Below, piece by piece: positions 1-12,015 of a stretch of DNA of 52,459 nucleotides; position 1 is the first letter of the stretch; every line of letters starts with the position of its first letter. The stretch lies in assembly GCA_002633005.1 (NCBI GenBank), contig NMRA01000006.1, forward strand, positions 735,998 to 788,456, in the 5' to 3' direction. Under the pieces are notes generated by a model, which ran no database searches, had not been told where the DNA came from, and saw only the letters and a list, made by a program, of their open reading frames with translations. The DNA is from Phoronis australis (lineage: Eukaryota > Animalia > Phoronida). The position numbers were made by a program, and so were the translations under genes.

Positions 1-2259
1 GATTAGTCTTAAAATACAAGACAGTAAGAACAAGTTAGCTCATTTTTAGCAGTTTATAAACTATATTGTTAAAATAAATCAAGCTTAAACTCTTGGTTGA
101 CCACAATTCCGAATTTTAAACACCGAATTCCAGAAAAAGGGCCTATTTTTGGGCGACAAAAATGCCTGTGGCATCAAAACCCCTCAACCGTTTTTAAAAA
201 TTCAAAAAGCAGCAAATTATACTCAATGAGGGCTTTCATTTGAATGCCTCTTCATGTAATTTTGTTAAACTTGAAATTTTGGTTTGCTCACCCTACCACT
301 GGGTGATTTGTGAAGAGAGCTTTTGAAGTTTCATCTCAAATTTGGCATGAACTCGCTGCAGCAAGGTGCACTATCAAGAAAAAGCCAGAATAATAATTCA
401 AGTGACAGTGTTTCATCGTGTTCAATTTGTATTCAATAAAGAAAGGCAGAGTTACCTCCTCAGGGTCGTTTAAGTAAGCAATTTCTTTCTCGAACACCAT
501 TTTTACAAGCGCTGAACTCCAACTGTGCATGCGTGAGAATGACATCCGGAGTGAAGCTCAGATTCACTTGCTATTTTCGAAGCAATAAAAAACTATCTTT
601 GACTTTATCGTCTGGATTGATAATTTTATATATTAATAAATTTACATTCATGATGTCTCAAAACAAGTGTTATCTACATAATTTAAAAACGAAAATAATG
701 AAGTAGTAGAAATGAAAAAAACGAAACTTCTTCTTGGAACTGGCGCACAACGCAACCGGGAAATTCACACACTGAAACTGGAATCATCAAGGAGTTAACA
801 CTGGTCATAGAAGGAGACCTTTGGATTGCATGTGGTGACCCCAATTAACCCAAAGAGAGGTCCTGCGTGCCCCCACTTCTTGGTATGCCTGGCTGTTTAC
901 TAAGTTACTTTCCTATATCCCTTCTCATGCTTCTAATACCTATAGTTTCATTTGATCTCAAGCTCTCTGAATGAAAAGATGCTAGTGAATGAATGAACCT
1001 GCCTGAAGGAAAACGGGAATGCTGGAGTATTTCTATGAGTTGAATGGGTAAAAAGACACTGACAGCCTTTAAAGGTGTCCTTCTAGACTTGAAAGGTATA
1101 GGTACTTACTGCAATGTGTCTTCGATGGATCAGACAGGGTGAAGTATTGAAAAGGTGCTTGTGCAAAAGGCTTGTTTTAGGATCTTGCAATATTCTTAAC
1201 ACTTAAAAATCCAAACACAAGGGCTGCGAAGCATTAAAATAAGTGGTGGGGCTACAGCCCCCAGCCCCCATGAAACAGGTGGTATTTACAACTACTTAAA
1301 AATTTTAGAATATATGCAGGGTGTGCATATCAGCAAACACACGAAACGATACTTTTTTGTTCAAAACAAAAAATTGGTTGTGTCGCATGCTATTGAACTC
1401 GTTATATGCACCATTAAACAGGTGGTGGTGTTCTGCTGTAACAGATCATGGAGAACACTGGCATGTTTCCCTGTCGATGGGTTCTGAAGATCTGTCCACT
1501 GAATTCACAGACCAAAATGAAGACTACTCACGAATCCGTTATTGTTGCCATTCAATTTGCAACTGGTCTGGTAAAAACAATGATACACAATGGAAGTCAC
1601 AACAAGAGTATCCAGATGGCTACTAGTATAGTGGCTCAGCACATCCTGACTTCACACTTTGATCATGAGTCCAGACTCCAATGGATTCTTATTAGTTGTC
1701 ACTTAAAGCCCCACTCAGTGATAATTAGATTGTTCAATGAAGTTAGAAGTGACAAATTGAGCTGTATAAGCTACCAAATGAAATGTACTCGGTTTATATT
1801 TATATCTCGGGTAAAATTAATGTCACGTGTGCAATGTTTAATTTTGCACAAAATGAGCATAACCATGGATTTCTTTAATTGTAAAGAAGTTAATAACATC
1901 ATTGACAATTATTTGCTGCAAAATTAAGCTTTCATTGGCTTCATATTTCAAGCCCATGTTCAATTGGTATAGAATGTTGTCCTAATTCTAGCTTTAGGTT
2001 TTTTTGTTTTGTTTAGTTTTTGATATTGCCCGATATTTGGAAACCCCACCACACCCTCTACCCAGAAAAGAAGTGTGTCCCATGGGTATTTATAGTTTGA
2101 GATCAATTGTATGGCAGTATAGTGGTTTAATGAGAAATGTTTGTTTTTGGTACCAAAAATTTCGATGGGCATTGGTTTTGTAACTTCAATCATAAGAGCT
2201 CATATTGACATTCAAAATTTTTAAGATTTATTAAATGTTTTTTGTTTTTGTTGTAGAAG

Positions 2260-2400
2260 ATGGTCACTGGGTTGCTGACTGTTTTAACTCTCCTTTGTTC
2301 ACCATGCTTGATAGAAGCTGAGGAGTTCTCATACAAGGTCGACAAAAGTAAATGGGTTGATCCGCACTACTTTGGTTCAGAGAAGTTTGTGAAAACAGAG
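2260..2400 (+). CDS. CLCC1: CLCC1 coding exon 1
   Basis: tgtag acceptor, ATG at 2260, MVTGLLTVLTLLCSPCLIEA signal peptide, KWVDPH, donor gttagt at 2401. Confidence 0.75.
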
Positions 2401-5400
2401 GTTAGTTTGTTAGCTGTGAAATATTCACTTTAAATCACTGTCAATGCCATCCTTTAACAACTTTATTGCCTCTTTCTGTGGAGTCTACAATGTTTGGTTG
2501 TGTTTTTAGTGAACAGTTGGATAGGCACAATTTTACATGTACACCTTCCAAAGCACAATAATTTTACATTTACAGTATTGGAAGTATGAGGGATACAAAC
2601 ACTTCAAATAATGTGAATCACAGAGCTGATAAGTTTCAGTTCGATTTGTAATGTCATCTAGAGTTAATTTTGATTAAAATTCAAATTTTTACATGCTTGA
2701 ATGATTACTTGGTTTGAAAGGGATTAAATAATTAAACGATGCAATGTACTTTTCCTTCACAGTGTTCTTGTGTGATGTAATGAACACCTGCATAATATTT
2801 AATATGCTGTTTTAGTGTTTGCTGTTTTTGTGTAGGGTGATCCAAAAGACTCCGATCCTCACGTGCTATCATGCCCTGGGCAAGTGCAATGTACAGAGAA
2901 AAGACGCCATCTGGAGGCAGAGCTGAAAGACTGTAAACAGCAAAGTCAAGGACCTGATGCTAAACCCCACTTTATGCAGTTTGTTAGAGAGCTAACAACA
3001 GCAGTGAAGGAGTCACAAGTTAGTTATCATGTGATCATGTTACATTTTGGTGTACGCAGTTATCTTGAAAATAGAGAGCATTTTTATTTGGATTAATTGA
3101 TATCCCTTTGAGTCAATAAACAAACAGCTCTGAAAGTTAATTATATTACATTTAATGTGAATGAACTCCTGTTTGAATAAAGCGATTGTGGTTTGGTTTT
3201 CACATGCTTGGATACAATGAATCGACTGTCTGAAGGTACCAGTGATTTATTATTGAGCAAACTGGCGTTTGTAATTAACATTCCAGCATTTGATGAAGCA
3301 GAGATCACAAATTGTGTTGTTATGTTGAACCAGTTGTCATGTTAGAATGTAGTCTTCTGACAAGGAGACCCAGTTCCTTGTTGTTCTGAATGTGCAACAA
3401 AGCTGCAGATTAAAGAACTGCATTAATTGACAGTGTGCATTGTAATCTGTCGTATTGTTATAGGTTTCGCAAATGCGATATGATAATTTTTGTTATTATA
3501 ATTCACAGTTAGGGATCGTAATGTTCATCCAAACTTTTCCCTTATTCCAAAATCTTTGTTACCGGTATTTGGAATATGATAAAGGTCGCACCCCATCAAC
3601 TCACTGACATATATTATGCCCTCCATATGCAAATCCATTCTCTGATAAGGGTTATACTCAAACAGAATTAGATTGACACAACATGACTTACAAATACACT
3701 GTTTATGTGTACATCACCATGCTGCTGCCAGTTACGAAGACTGCTACGCTATTCTACTAATTCATTCAGTGTCTGTGTTGTTTACCTGAGAATGACGTCA
3801 CCAAACTCAACATAAAAGTACAAGCTGTCGCATTGTTCTAGACAGGTTCTTGTCAGATTACTTCGTTGTTGTATGTTAGCATTTGAACTGGACTGCATAT
3901 CTTAGTTGTGTATTGATTGATTTTCAGCATACTTCAGATGATACATACTATATTAAAGTACACCTCACCTCAGATCAGCTGAGTTTCCTACAGTCGCTGG
4001 ACTCACTTACAACAAGTCTGGAGCCTAGTCAACTTCAAGATGCAACTACAATCCTTGTTGGCATGCTACAGTCTGTTCAGCCATGCAATGAGACGGAAAC
4101 TTTCATGGACACTATTCAGGAATATACTGGAGTGCATCTAAACTTCATTATACAGGTCAGTTGAACTATCCTCATTTGATTTAGGTCGGAACAGAAGCTC
4201 AAACTTTAAAATTTCTGGTCTCTCCCCCTCACAATGCATTTTGACGTGTACCTGTGCAGTCTCTTCTCTACCTGTGTCGCCTGTTTTGAGTCTGTGAACT
4301 GTTTCCATGACAATGTCTAAAGTAATAAACCGAAACGTTGGATAGATATGTCATTCCACGCGCTAATTTTAAAGTTTGAACTATCCACATTTTGTCTTCG
4401 TTTTGTCCTGCTGTAGTACCTTGTGAATTTTATTTTCATACAGTAGACAAGACGACTCAAACAGATCGCAGATCAGCTACTCGTGTGTTTATAAACTTAA
4501 GGCATTCCAGAAGGCAATGTGTCGCTAGTTTCCCCACCTTCATCATACCGTATTTTCTGTAATAACCATCCATGCCCATATAAGCGCCCCCCCATTTTCA
4601 GACTTTGCTAAAATAAGCACCCAGTCCATGAGCGTGTACGTGCGAAAAATGCCTTACCTACAGTCCTAAAATTCTACAGTAACGTCTTCAATTTATCAAT
4701 AATATCCGACAGTCCTGAAAAAATCATTGTGCGCAGAATTTGTAGACCACGAGCCTCACTGCTATGTCAGTATTTAACCATGACTATACACTTCAAACTT
4801 CCGCCATGCCTCAAAACTAACATAAAAGTTCTGCTGATATTGCGAGGACCAATGGTCTGGCCTTTCAGAACAGAAGTAGTGTACTTGTCTACTCTTCCGA
4901 TTTCACCCGTTTCAGAGACCGGGTTTCAGCGCCCCCCCCCTGAAACGAACTTTTCTAAGCGCCCTGGGCGGTTATTACGGCGAATACGGTATTTTGTGTA
5001 AAATGCCAGAATTGCGGCCAATGAGCAGAAGTTAACCACAAGTTTTAGTGTTGGAGCTTAGCCTAATTTCTACTTCAAGAAAGCAGATCTGTCGGTTTTT
5101 TATCCAGGATAGTCATTAGATGGCTAATGATAAGACATTTGATGAGCATTCTAATAAAAAAAACCCGAACCTTTTCAGATGTCTGATTATATCTAATCTG
5201 CCATCTGACCTGATGACGTGTGAATGCTATGTATATACCGTAACTGACTGGTTCAGCATTCCTTAGAATTAATTTTTACTGTTTATTGTACCTGTTCTGT
5301 TGTATTTTATAAGAGAAATGTCCATCTATTAGGCACTATGTAGCATTTGCCAACCCCCAAAAGTACTATGAATAGGTGTTACAGGTTGGGATTGCAATAG

Positions 5401-8400
5401 GATCTAACTACAGCAACTGGACATTCTTTTGTTTGATGATTAAAGAACAGAAATGGGTGTAGTGATAACTGCTGCTTGTTTGTGCCTCCGTTCTTTCCTC
5501 CCATTTTTGACACTGTCGCCTAGAAATACTAAATTTGCCATTGAAAATTGAATCTTTTCATTGTTTGAACGGCAAAAATTGGTTATCTTCAATGTGCGTC
5601 GCTACTGCTATTCCTTCATTGATATGTCCCAATCTCAGTTGTGTAACCTGTCCTACAATAAGGTGCTCTTGCATATCCCCACATTTAAGTGATCTTAAAG
5701 GAGAATGCCACCCAAAAAACAACCTACTTTGTATCAATTTAGATCGAGTAGTTCTACTCGGTAACGGCAGGTTCGGTTGCGTTACCCCAACACCTGACGG
5801 CAGAGGGAGGTGTTGAAATTAACCAATGACGTAATTGGTTTCACACGCAGTCTGTTCAGCAGTTCACAACACGGGTTAGTGGTGTCAGCTTATCACTTGA
5901 ATTCATCGNCTCGGTAACGGCAGGTTCGGTTGCGTTACCCGACACCTGACGGCAGAAGGAGGTGTTGAAATTAACCAATGACGTAATTGGTTTCACACGC
6001 AGTCTGTTCAGCAGTTCACAACACGGGTTAGTGGTGTCAGCTTATCACTTGAATTCATCGTTTAACACCAATAAATCATCAAACTTTGATGTAAAACCCT
6101 TAAAAATACACCGAATTCTTATAAAAACGTGTTGTTTTATTTCGCTGTTACGGATTTACTGGTAGTCTATGAGTTTGGCAGGCCAATTTACCAAGGTCCG
6201 TAGCAGGAGTTTGGGGTCTGTTCGGAGATAAATTCGAAGTATTCTCCGCGAAATACAGACAGGAGATCCTAGATTTGTGTTGTTTATACTTGTGATTTTT
6301 TGAGTTCTTAAAACACAAAACGCTTGTTATCCCGTCCAGTGGCTTGAAACCCGATCAGATCCGTCGCAGTTGGACTGAGAAATTATCCTGGCCCGCAGTA
6401 GCTTGGAACCCCGCGATCAGGCCCATCGCGGCCGCTGTGACTGGCACGAACATGAACCAGCTTGAGTTGGAAACTAAACCTCCAGTCACGAAAAGACTAT
6501 AACAGTGAGCCAAAGAGATAATGTGCACGTAATTATTTATGTGACTTAGCCACAAACTGAAAATCTACTTACTTGTTGGGGGTTGCGAAGTCGTGTTCCA
6601 CTTCCACAATCCGTCAAGGCAAAGGTTGTACAGTAACAATGATTTGATTAATGTATTTGTATTTCTAAATAAAGATTCCCCCAACATGTGACAATAGCAT
6701 ATAACTGAAATCGTGTAATTGTTTCACAATAGCTTTCTGTCAGCAAACACTGAATTAGCATGCACTCACACGGCCTCGGTGCCCGGTCAATTACCTTTGT
6801 TGCCGGCATCAAAAACCGGTAACGCAGTGGTTTATTCATTGCTGGCTTCTTAAAACATTTGCACTTGCATTACAATTGTATGGAATGAGACAGACTTAGT
6901 TTCAGTTTCATATAAGCATTGGTTAGGATCATTTTAGGATGAGAATAATTCATTTTGAAACAGAACGCAGAATAATAAACGTCTACACGGCGCCTTAGTC
7001 AGGAGCTCATCTGACAAAGACTTCAGGGGTTGGATCATTAGGTTTCACAGGCTATCAGTTCGAACCAGAATACACTGATCAAGAAATACTAGAGAGACGC
7101 CATGAACATGTATAGGCAACGAAACGTATGGATAGTTCTTTGGTAAGCCGGAATTCATCAGAGAAATCACTGTCCACAAATGCCAGCCACAGACACGTAG
7201 ATGTTTCACGGCCTCATACTTGCTATTAACAGGGTACCTTTCATTCTTTACTACGGCGAGCCACTTCCTAAGCATTTCAGGCTCTCGAGGAAGTCGAAAA
7301 AACGATATACCCGCTTTCATCGCAGCTTCATAGTTCGTACAAGCGAGAACTGATGCACCGCAATATAGCGGCATTCACTCACAGGTTAACGCAACACCTC
7401 TCGGCAAGGTGAGGTCGACCGTATAAGAGGCGATGTAGATATAGACCGATCAAAACGGTTAAAAAGAATAATTAAATCGGGTGGCATTCTCCTTTAACGC
7501 CTCCAAAGAATGCAGTGAAATTTGAATGGAAGATCATGTCATGCCCTGTGTTTCTCAATTTAAACGCTGCCAAAGTTATCTCAGACGAGTACAGTGAATT
7601 ATTTTTATCTTGTGATGACATGTGTAAGCAACGATTGATTTTGGCAAACCCACTACGAGGCATCTCGATTAGTCACTTCACTATCGTGGAGAACGCATGT
7701 GATCATGTTACTGGTAGTGCATTTTTTATGCTCGATAAAACAAGAGTTTCACTGTCTGAACTCGAAGGGCCTGTGGTACAGCTGCTTGCTAAGATGTAAT
7801 GGAGATGCCATATTGTGTAATAACTATTAAAAAGTGTCTATTTTGAGTAACAGTAATCCACAACACCATGTAAATTTTCATTATGACTTTTTCTGTGATG
7901 ATTGTCTGATGATATTGCATCGGTGCTATATCAAAGAAACTATCTTTTGATTTTAATTACTTATCACTAAAAACTGTTTTCAACATGTTCCTGACTGAGA
8001 TATTAGTTTATGGGGCCATAAAGAACTGGCAGTTTGTTATTACTTTAGTCCATGTTCAGTGCATAAAGTGACCTGTCATGACAAGCCAACTTATTGAGTC
8101 TGCACTTGAGCAACAACGAAATGTCAATTCTTCCCAAGCCAAGAAGTGACTTGTTATTTCAGTGAAAAACTATTTAAAACCAGCTTTATAATGGTGCCTA
8201 TGATTTTAGTCATAAGTTAATGTGTTTTCAACAGAAGCAGCTTTAAACATCATCCATATCTATTGAGAACGAGTATGAAGTGAAGATGTCTGCAATGCAA
8301 TCAATCAACATGTTTAGATGGACTCCAATGAACGTTTTGTTGATAGCATTTTGATCTGGCCCAGTAAGTGAAGGAATGATGTCTCTACACGTCAGGCTGT

Positions 8401-11400
8401 AGGAAGTGGAAGTCTGTGAAAACCAGCTTCAGTAGACATAACAAGTACTATAATTGTGTTTTGTTCTTCGCCATCTGTTTTAAACAGTGAGATATCTATG
8501 TTTCAGTGCATGACTTTGTCCACTTTCTTCTTACAGGTGCTCACTATCTGTGCTCTTGCTCTGATGTCTGTATACTTTATCTCACATACCAAGCTTCCTT
8601 TGATGAAACTGATGCTCTTAATGCTGGGGGTGATTTTTCTTGTCAGCTTTGCATTGACATGGTATGGGCTCTACATGGTAGGTATCGCTGTCTGTAGTCA
8701 AAAACCCATACCAGTAGGCAACATTTCTGCCCAGACTGTCGTGTTGTTGTCATAGCTCACTGGGGAGGATACCAACTGGATGCCAGTGTGAATAATAAAA
8801 CTTATACCCTTGGAGTTGTTCTCTGAATGTGCAGAATATACGTTGTTTTGTGGTGTAGTTGCTTAGGTCAACAAATTAATTGCCACTCTGGGGTCTCAAA
8901 CAACTTGTGATGTTTTAGGCAAACACCTACTGTTAACCAAATGTCACCACTGTGTACAAATCAAAATTGAGGAAAAACAATGTTAGAGGTGCCAGGGTTG
9001 TCAGTGGAGCAAAATTAACCTGTTGTGTAACGGATTGACAGAGAACTGTCATACCATAGTGGATCAAAGCTCTCACAGGGACTTACAGTTTAAATGGTGC
9101 TTTGTTTCAAAATGTTAAACTGTGAAACTTGTGTGAGAATATGTGTATTTTACAAATCCGTGAAAGTGCTGAATCAACACGCATAGTACGTTGCGATTCT
9201 TTGTTTGAAGCAAAAGAAACTGTTGGGATGAGACATTCTGTTTAGTTTTTTGTTCATTGCCTCACCTGACAGATATTCCTTTGCGATTACTCCTCAGAGC
9301 TATCTAAAACAATGCTGTTTTGCAACCACAATATTCCAACAAATCGGTATAGTGCGGTAGCAGCCCTTTGTTAACACAAACTTTGTGGAAAACATGACTG
9401 GACTCTTTGTTTGACAGCTTAATATGGATTCACTTGTAGCGTCAAATCAATCTCCTTTCTTCAGGCTACATAGCTGCATGCCTGAAGAAAGGAGATTGAT
9501 TTGACAATACGAGCAAATCTGTATTAAGCTGTCAAACAAAATGTCCAGTCGTGTTTTCAGTTAACTTCATTACAAAGAATAAGTTTTTGTATTAATGATT
9601 GCATGGATAGATGAAATATTACCCATATTCATAATTTCTTTGACTGATGTGGAGCTATTTTAAACAAGAATTTTCACCCCTAGTGTCATCAAACATTTTT
9701 TGGTAATTTGTGAAATTGTCTGTTGCAGAAGGAGGTTGCAAAAAGGAATGCTGAGATGGATAAGCATAAAGACATCCCACTAGAATGTCGGCCTGGTGAC
9801 GTACCATGGACAGAAAATATCAAAGTTTGGGTTTCTAGTTGGTTCACCATCTCAGAGGACAAGTGTAAAAAGTTTCACGAACTGTTAGTGGTGAATCCAA
9901 TTCTTGAGGTCCCTCCTACAAAGGTATGTATTATGCGGGGCTTGCAATGACCCATGACAAAAAAAGAGGAAAATTTTCCAGGTGACTTATTGTTCCACAA
10001 ATAAATAAGCTTGCGGTTTTAGAAAAAAATTTTGTGTTGTTAAATTACTGAAATAAATGTTTTTGCATAAATAAAGTCAAAAATAAGGATAAAAAAGTGA
10101 GGAAAAAAGAGGAAACTGTAAATTCAATAAGAGGAGATTGAAACCAACTACTTTTTTAAACTACTCACAAATTTTAGTTTATCTTTATTCTCATTACTGT
10201 TTTATATGTCAGTTAATAATTCACTGCCATTTTTCTAGGCTTTTTATAGGCTAAACAATATTTTGCAACTGATCAATTTTCGTAACCTCTAAGGGATTGG
10301 CTTAAATTTTTGTTTGTGTTGAATAATTAATTCTATTTTTTAGATGTTGTTCGTTTCTTTACATTGTGAAATAGAAATCTATAAAGCGTTGAATTCTGAC
10401 TTTTCTTATTGCCATTTTATGAAGTCAAATGCGTATGCTTGTGGACAAGCCACGACCTCCTTCCTCCCTATAGTCTACGTGTTGAACGTGCCTCATGAAT
10501 ATGGTGATAATTGTAAACCACTGTCTAAGGAATAAAAAACTGTGAAAATTACTAAATAATTGAAAGTCAGTCTCTTTGTGTTTTGCAGGCACTGGCAGTA
10601 ACATTCACCCGGTTTATTGTTGAACCTTTTGAACACATTGCGGAGGCTATCAAGAAATTTTTTATGGCATTGACACAAGGGCTTCCCTTACCACTGATAG
10701 TTGTCGAGCTGGCATCCCTCTTGGTTGTGTTATTCTTCTTGAGTGGTTATTCAATTCGTGTACCATTCCTGCTGTCAATTGGACCGAGGGAACATCCAAT
10801 AGTTGATGCAAGGGAAGTACGCAAACTTACAGATGAGGTAATGAGTGTTCTAATGCTATAATTTGGTAACTGACTTTCGCCGTATTGAAATTCACTATCC
10901 CGCCAGACGGTGATCACATCTTTGGTGGTAGACATTCAGTGCCACCTGCAGATACCATGATATGCGGATAACAGGTTTCATCCTAGTGGTATCACAGCCT
11001 GGGATTTTCCTCTTTTAAGAAGCTTTCCCTCTTTTTTGGTTTGGATTTCCAGTTTCCTCTTTATTCATGTCTTTTTTATCTGATTATTTTGACCTTATGT
11101 ATGCGAAAATGTTCGTTTCAGTAAAATTTTACAACACAAAAAATATCTCTATCACTCAAGCCTATTTATTTGTGGAATGATAATCACCTGATAATTTTTC
11201 CTCTTTTTTGTCATTGGTCATTCCAAGCCCTGATAATAGTAACACTGGTTGTTAGTCGAGATGTGAGGATGCAGAGTGCAAAATGTTCTTGCTTTGGATG
11301 TACTGTTTTAATATTGTCCCATTAACAAGTGTTTGCCCTACACTTCAAAACACTTGGTCTCGTTGACCAACCTTCAAAAGTTTTTGGGGTCCATTTCGGT

Positions 11401-12015
11401 TTCTTGTGGTCATTACACTAGCAAAGAACGAAGAAAAAAACATTAATTGAAATTGGAAATGAGGCTGGTTAGGTTGTAATTGTGTCCATGGAAAATACTG
11501 GAAGATAACCAAGAAATAAAACCAACTGTTCTTATCAAAATTAAATCCCACAAGCTCAGTATGTGAATGTCTTTTTTGGTTTATTGTGTCAAATGGTACA
11601 TAAATGCATTCTTGGGCCAATGCTACTCTCTGAAGACCTGCTTCACTCTTTGTTATAGCTACACCAAATGCGGAACTCGTTAGCCGTAAAACAGGCTTCG
11701 GAAGTCGACACAAGATCACATGCACCATCCATCTACTTCACAGACGTGAGACCTAACAGAGATACTGTGAGTCAGCAACCCCGTCTACACCAGTCTCAGA
11801 TCGACAAGGATGTCAGTTCTGAAGGTGCTCAAGCCGCTGTACAGGACTGTGGCTCTGGTGACCCTGGAAACGTGTTGTGTCAAGATGTTATTAATTTTAA
11901 CACAGTTGCGCTAAACTCACAATACGCTAAGGTCAGCAACAGTGGAAAACTCAGTCTGGTACAAGCTAACGGAAATCATGATGTTGAAACTGTTGGTATG
12001 AAGAAAACAACATGA
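2260..12015 (+). CDS. CLCC1: Chloride channel CLIC-like protein 1 (CLCC1/MCLC), complete 7-exon CDS, ~497 aa
   Basis: Exons 2260-2400, 2836-3018, 3928-4155, 8537-8677, 9729-9923, 10589-10837, 11659-12015 join in frame with GT-AG introns. Hydrophobic signal peptide, WVDP motif, TM segments, and [28 protein letters not shown] closely matching the recalled human CLCC1 motif [28 protein letters not shown]. Confidence 0.9.
2836..3018 (+). CDS. CLCC1: CLCC1 coding exon 2
   Basis: tgtag/gttagt boundaries, 61 codons open, phase 0-0. Confidence 0.75.
3928..4155 (+). CDS. CLCC1: CLCC1 coding exon 3
   Basis: tttcag/gtcagt boundaries, 76 codons, phase 0-0. Confidence 0.8.
4548..4989. mobile_element. 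Tc1/mariner(pogo)-type MITE
   Basis: TA on both sides (4546-4547, 4990-4991); imperfect ~25-bp TIR CCGTATT(TT/CG)C(T/C)GTAATAACC; partial second copy at 49388-49569 in reverse. Confidence 0.7.
5699..7493. mobile_element. Non-autonomous Kolobok-type DNA transposon (family A, copy 1)
   Basis: TTAA TSD (5695-5698, 7494-7497); perfect 15-bp TIR AGGAGAATGCCACCC; THAP remnant on - strand and GYQFEPEY (KolX-like) remnant on + strand; colinear with copy at 22057-25234. Confidence 0.85.
7130..7374 (-). pseudogene. THAP zinc-finger remnant of transposase
   Basis: MPLYC...ACTN...FFRLP...LRKWL...LRVCGWH fits C2CH THAP signature (C-x-C...F-x-LP...W...VC-x2-H); truncated. Confidence 0.75.
8537..8677 (+). 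CDS. CLCC1: CLCC1 coding exon 4 (transmembrane segments)
   Basis: ttacag/gtaggt boundaries, VLTICALALMSV...FLVSFALTWYGLYM. Confidence 0.85.
9388..9558. repeat. Foldback inverted repeat (~78-bp arms, 15-nt loop)
   Basis: GTCAAATCAATCTCCTTTCTTCAGG-15 nt-CCTGAAGAAAGGAGATTGATTTGAC perfect inner stem, extending imperfectly to GAAAACATGACTGGAC/GTCCAGTCGTGTTTTC. Confidence 0.85.
9729..9923 (+). CDS. CLCC1: CLCC1 coding exon 5
   Basis: ttgcag/gtatgt boundaries, [22 protein letters not shown]. Confidence 0.92.
9936..10145 (+). mobile_element. hAT-like MITE fragment (CAGGGCTTGGAATGACC family)
   Basis: Begins CGGGGCTTGCAATGACCCATGACAAAAAAAGAGGAAA; same terminus as 11232(rc), 26837 and 28892; 3' limit approximate. 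Confidence 0.55.
10589..10837 (+). CDS. CLCC1: CLCC1 coding exon 6
   Basis: ttgcag/gtaatg boundaries, [19 protein letters not shown] plus TM segment. Confidence 0.92.
10996..11232 (-). mobile_element. hAT-like MITE (CAGGGCTTGGAATGACC family), reverse copy
   Basis: Ends TTTTTCCTCTTTTTTGTCATTGGTCATTCCAAGCCCTG; internal AGAGGAAA sub-repeats shared with 9936-10145; left limit approximate. Confidence 0.6.
11659..12015 (+). CDS. CLCC1: CLCC1 terminal coding exon
   Basis: ttatag acceptor, open frame LHQMRNSLAV... to TGA; poorly conserved hydrophilic tail. Confidence 0.7.
   Translation, partial: LHQMRNSLAVKQASEVDTRSHAPSIYFTDVRPNRDTVSQQPRLHQSQIDKDVSSEGAQAAVQDCGSGDPGNVLCQDVINFNTVALNSQYAKVSNSGKLSLVQANGNHDVETVGMKKTT

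Noticed and set aside
1321-1927. Overlapping 101- and 159-aa ORFs upstream of CLCC1
   Set aside because: No recognisable domain or splice support; likely chance ORFs
4300-4345. Penelope-type hammerhead ribozyme (CGAAACGTT)
   Set aside because: Required CTGANGA core and stems not present
5757-6060. ~152-bp tandem duplication separated by a single N
   Set aside because: Near-identical copies abut an N and the paralogous element at 22057 has the segment once: unmerged contig/haplotype overlap, an assembly artefact
5699-7493. piggyBac assignment for TTAA-flanked elements
   Set aside because: Termini are AG..CT or GG..CC (purine start) rather than piggyBac CC(C)..(G)GG, and THAP/KolX-like remnants fit Kolobok
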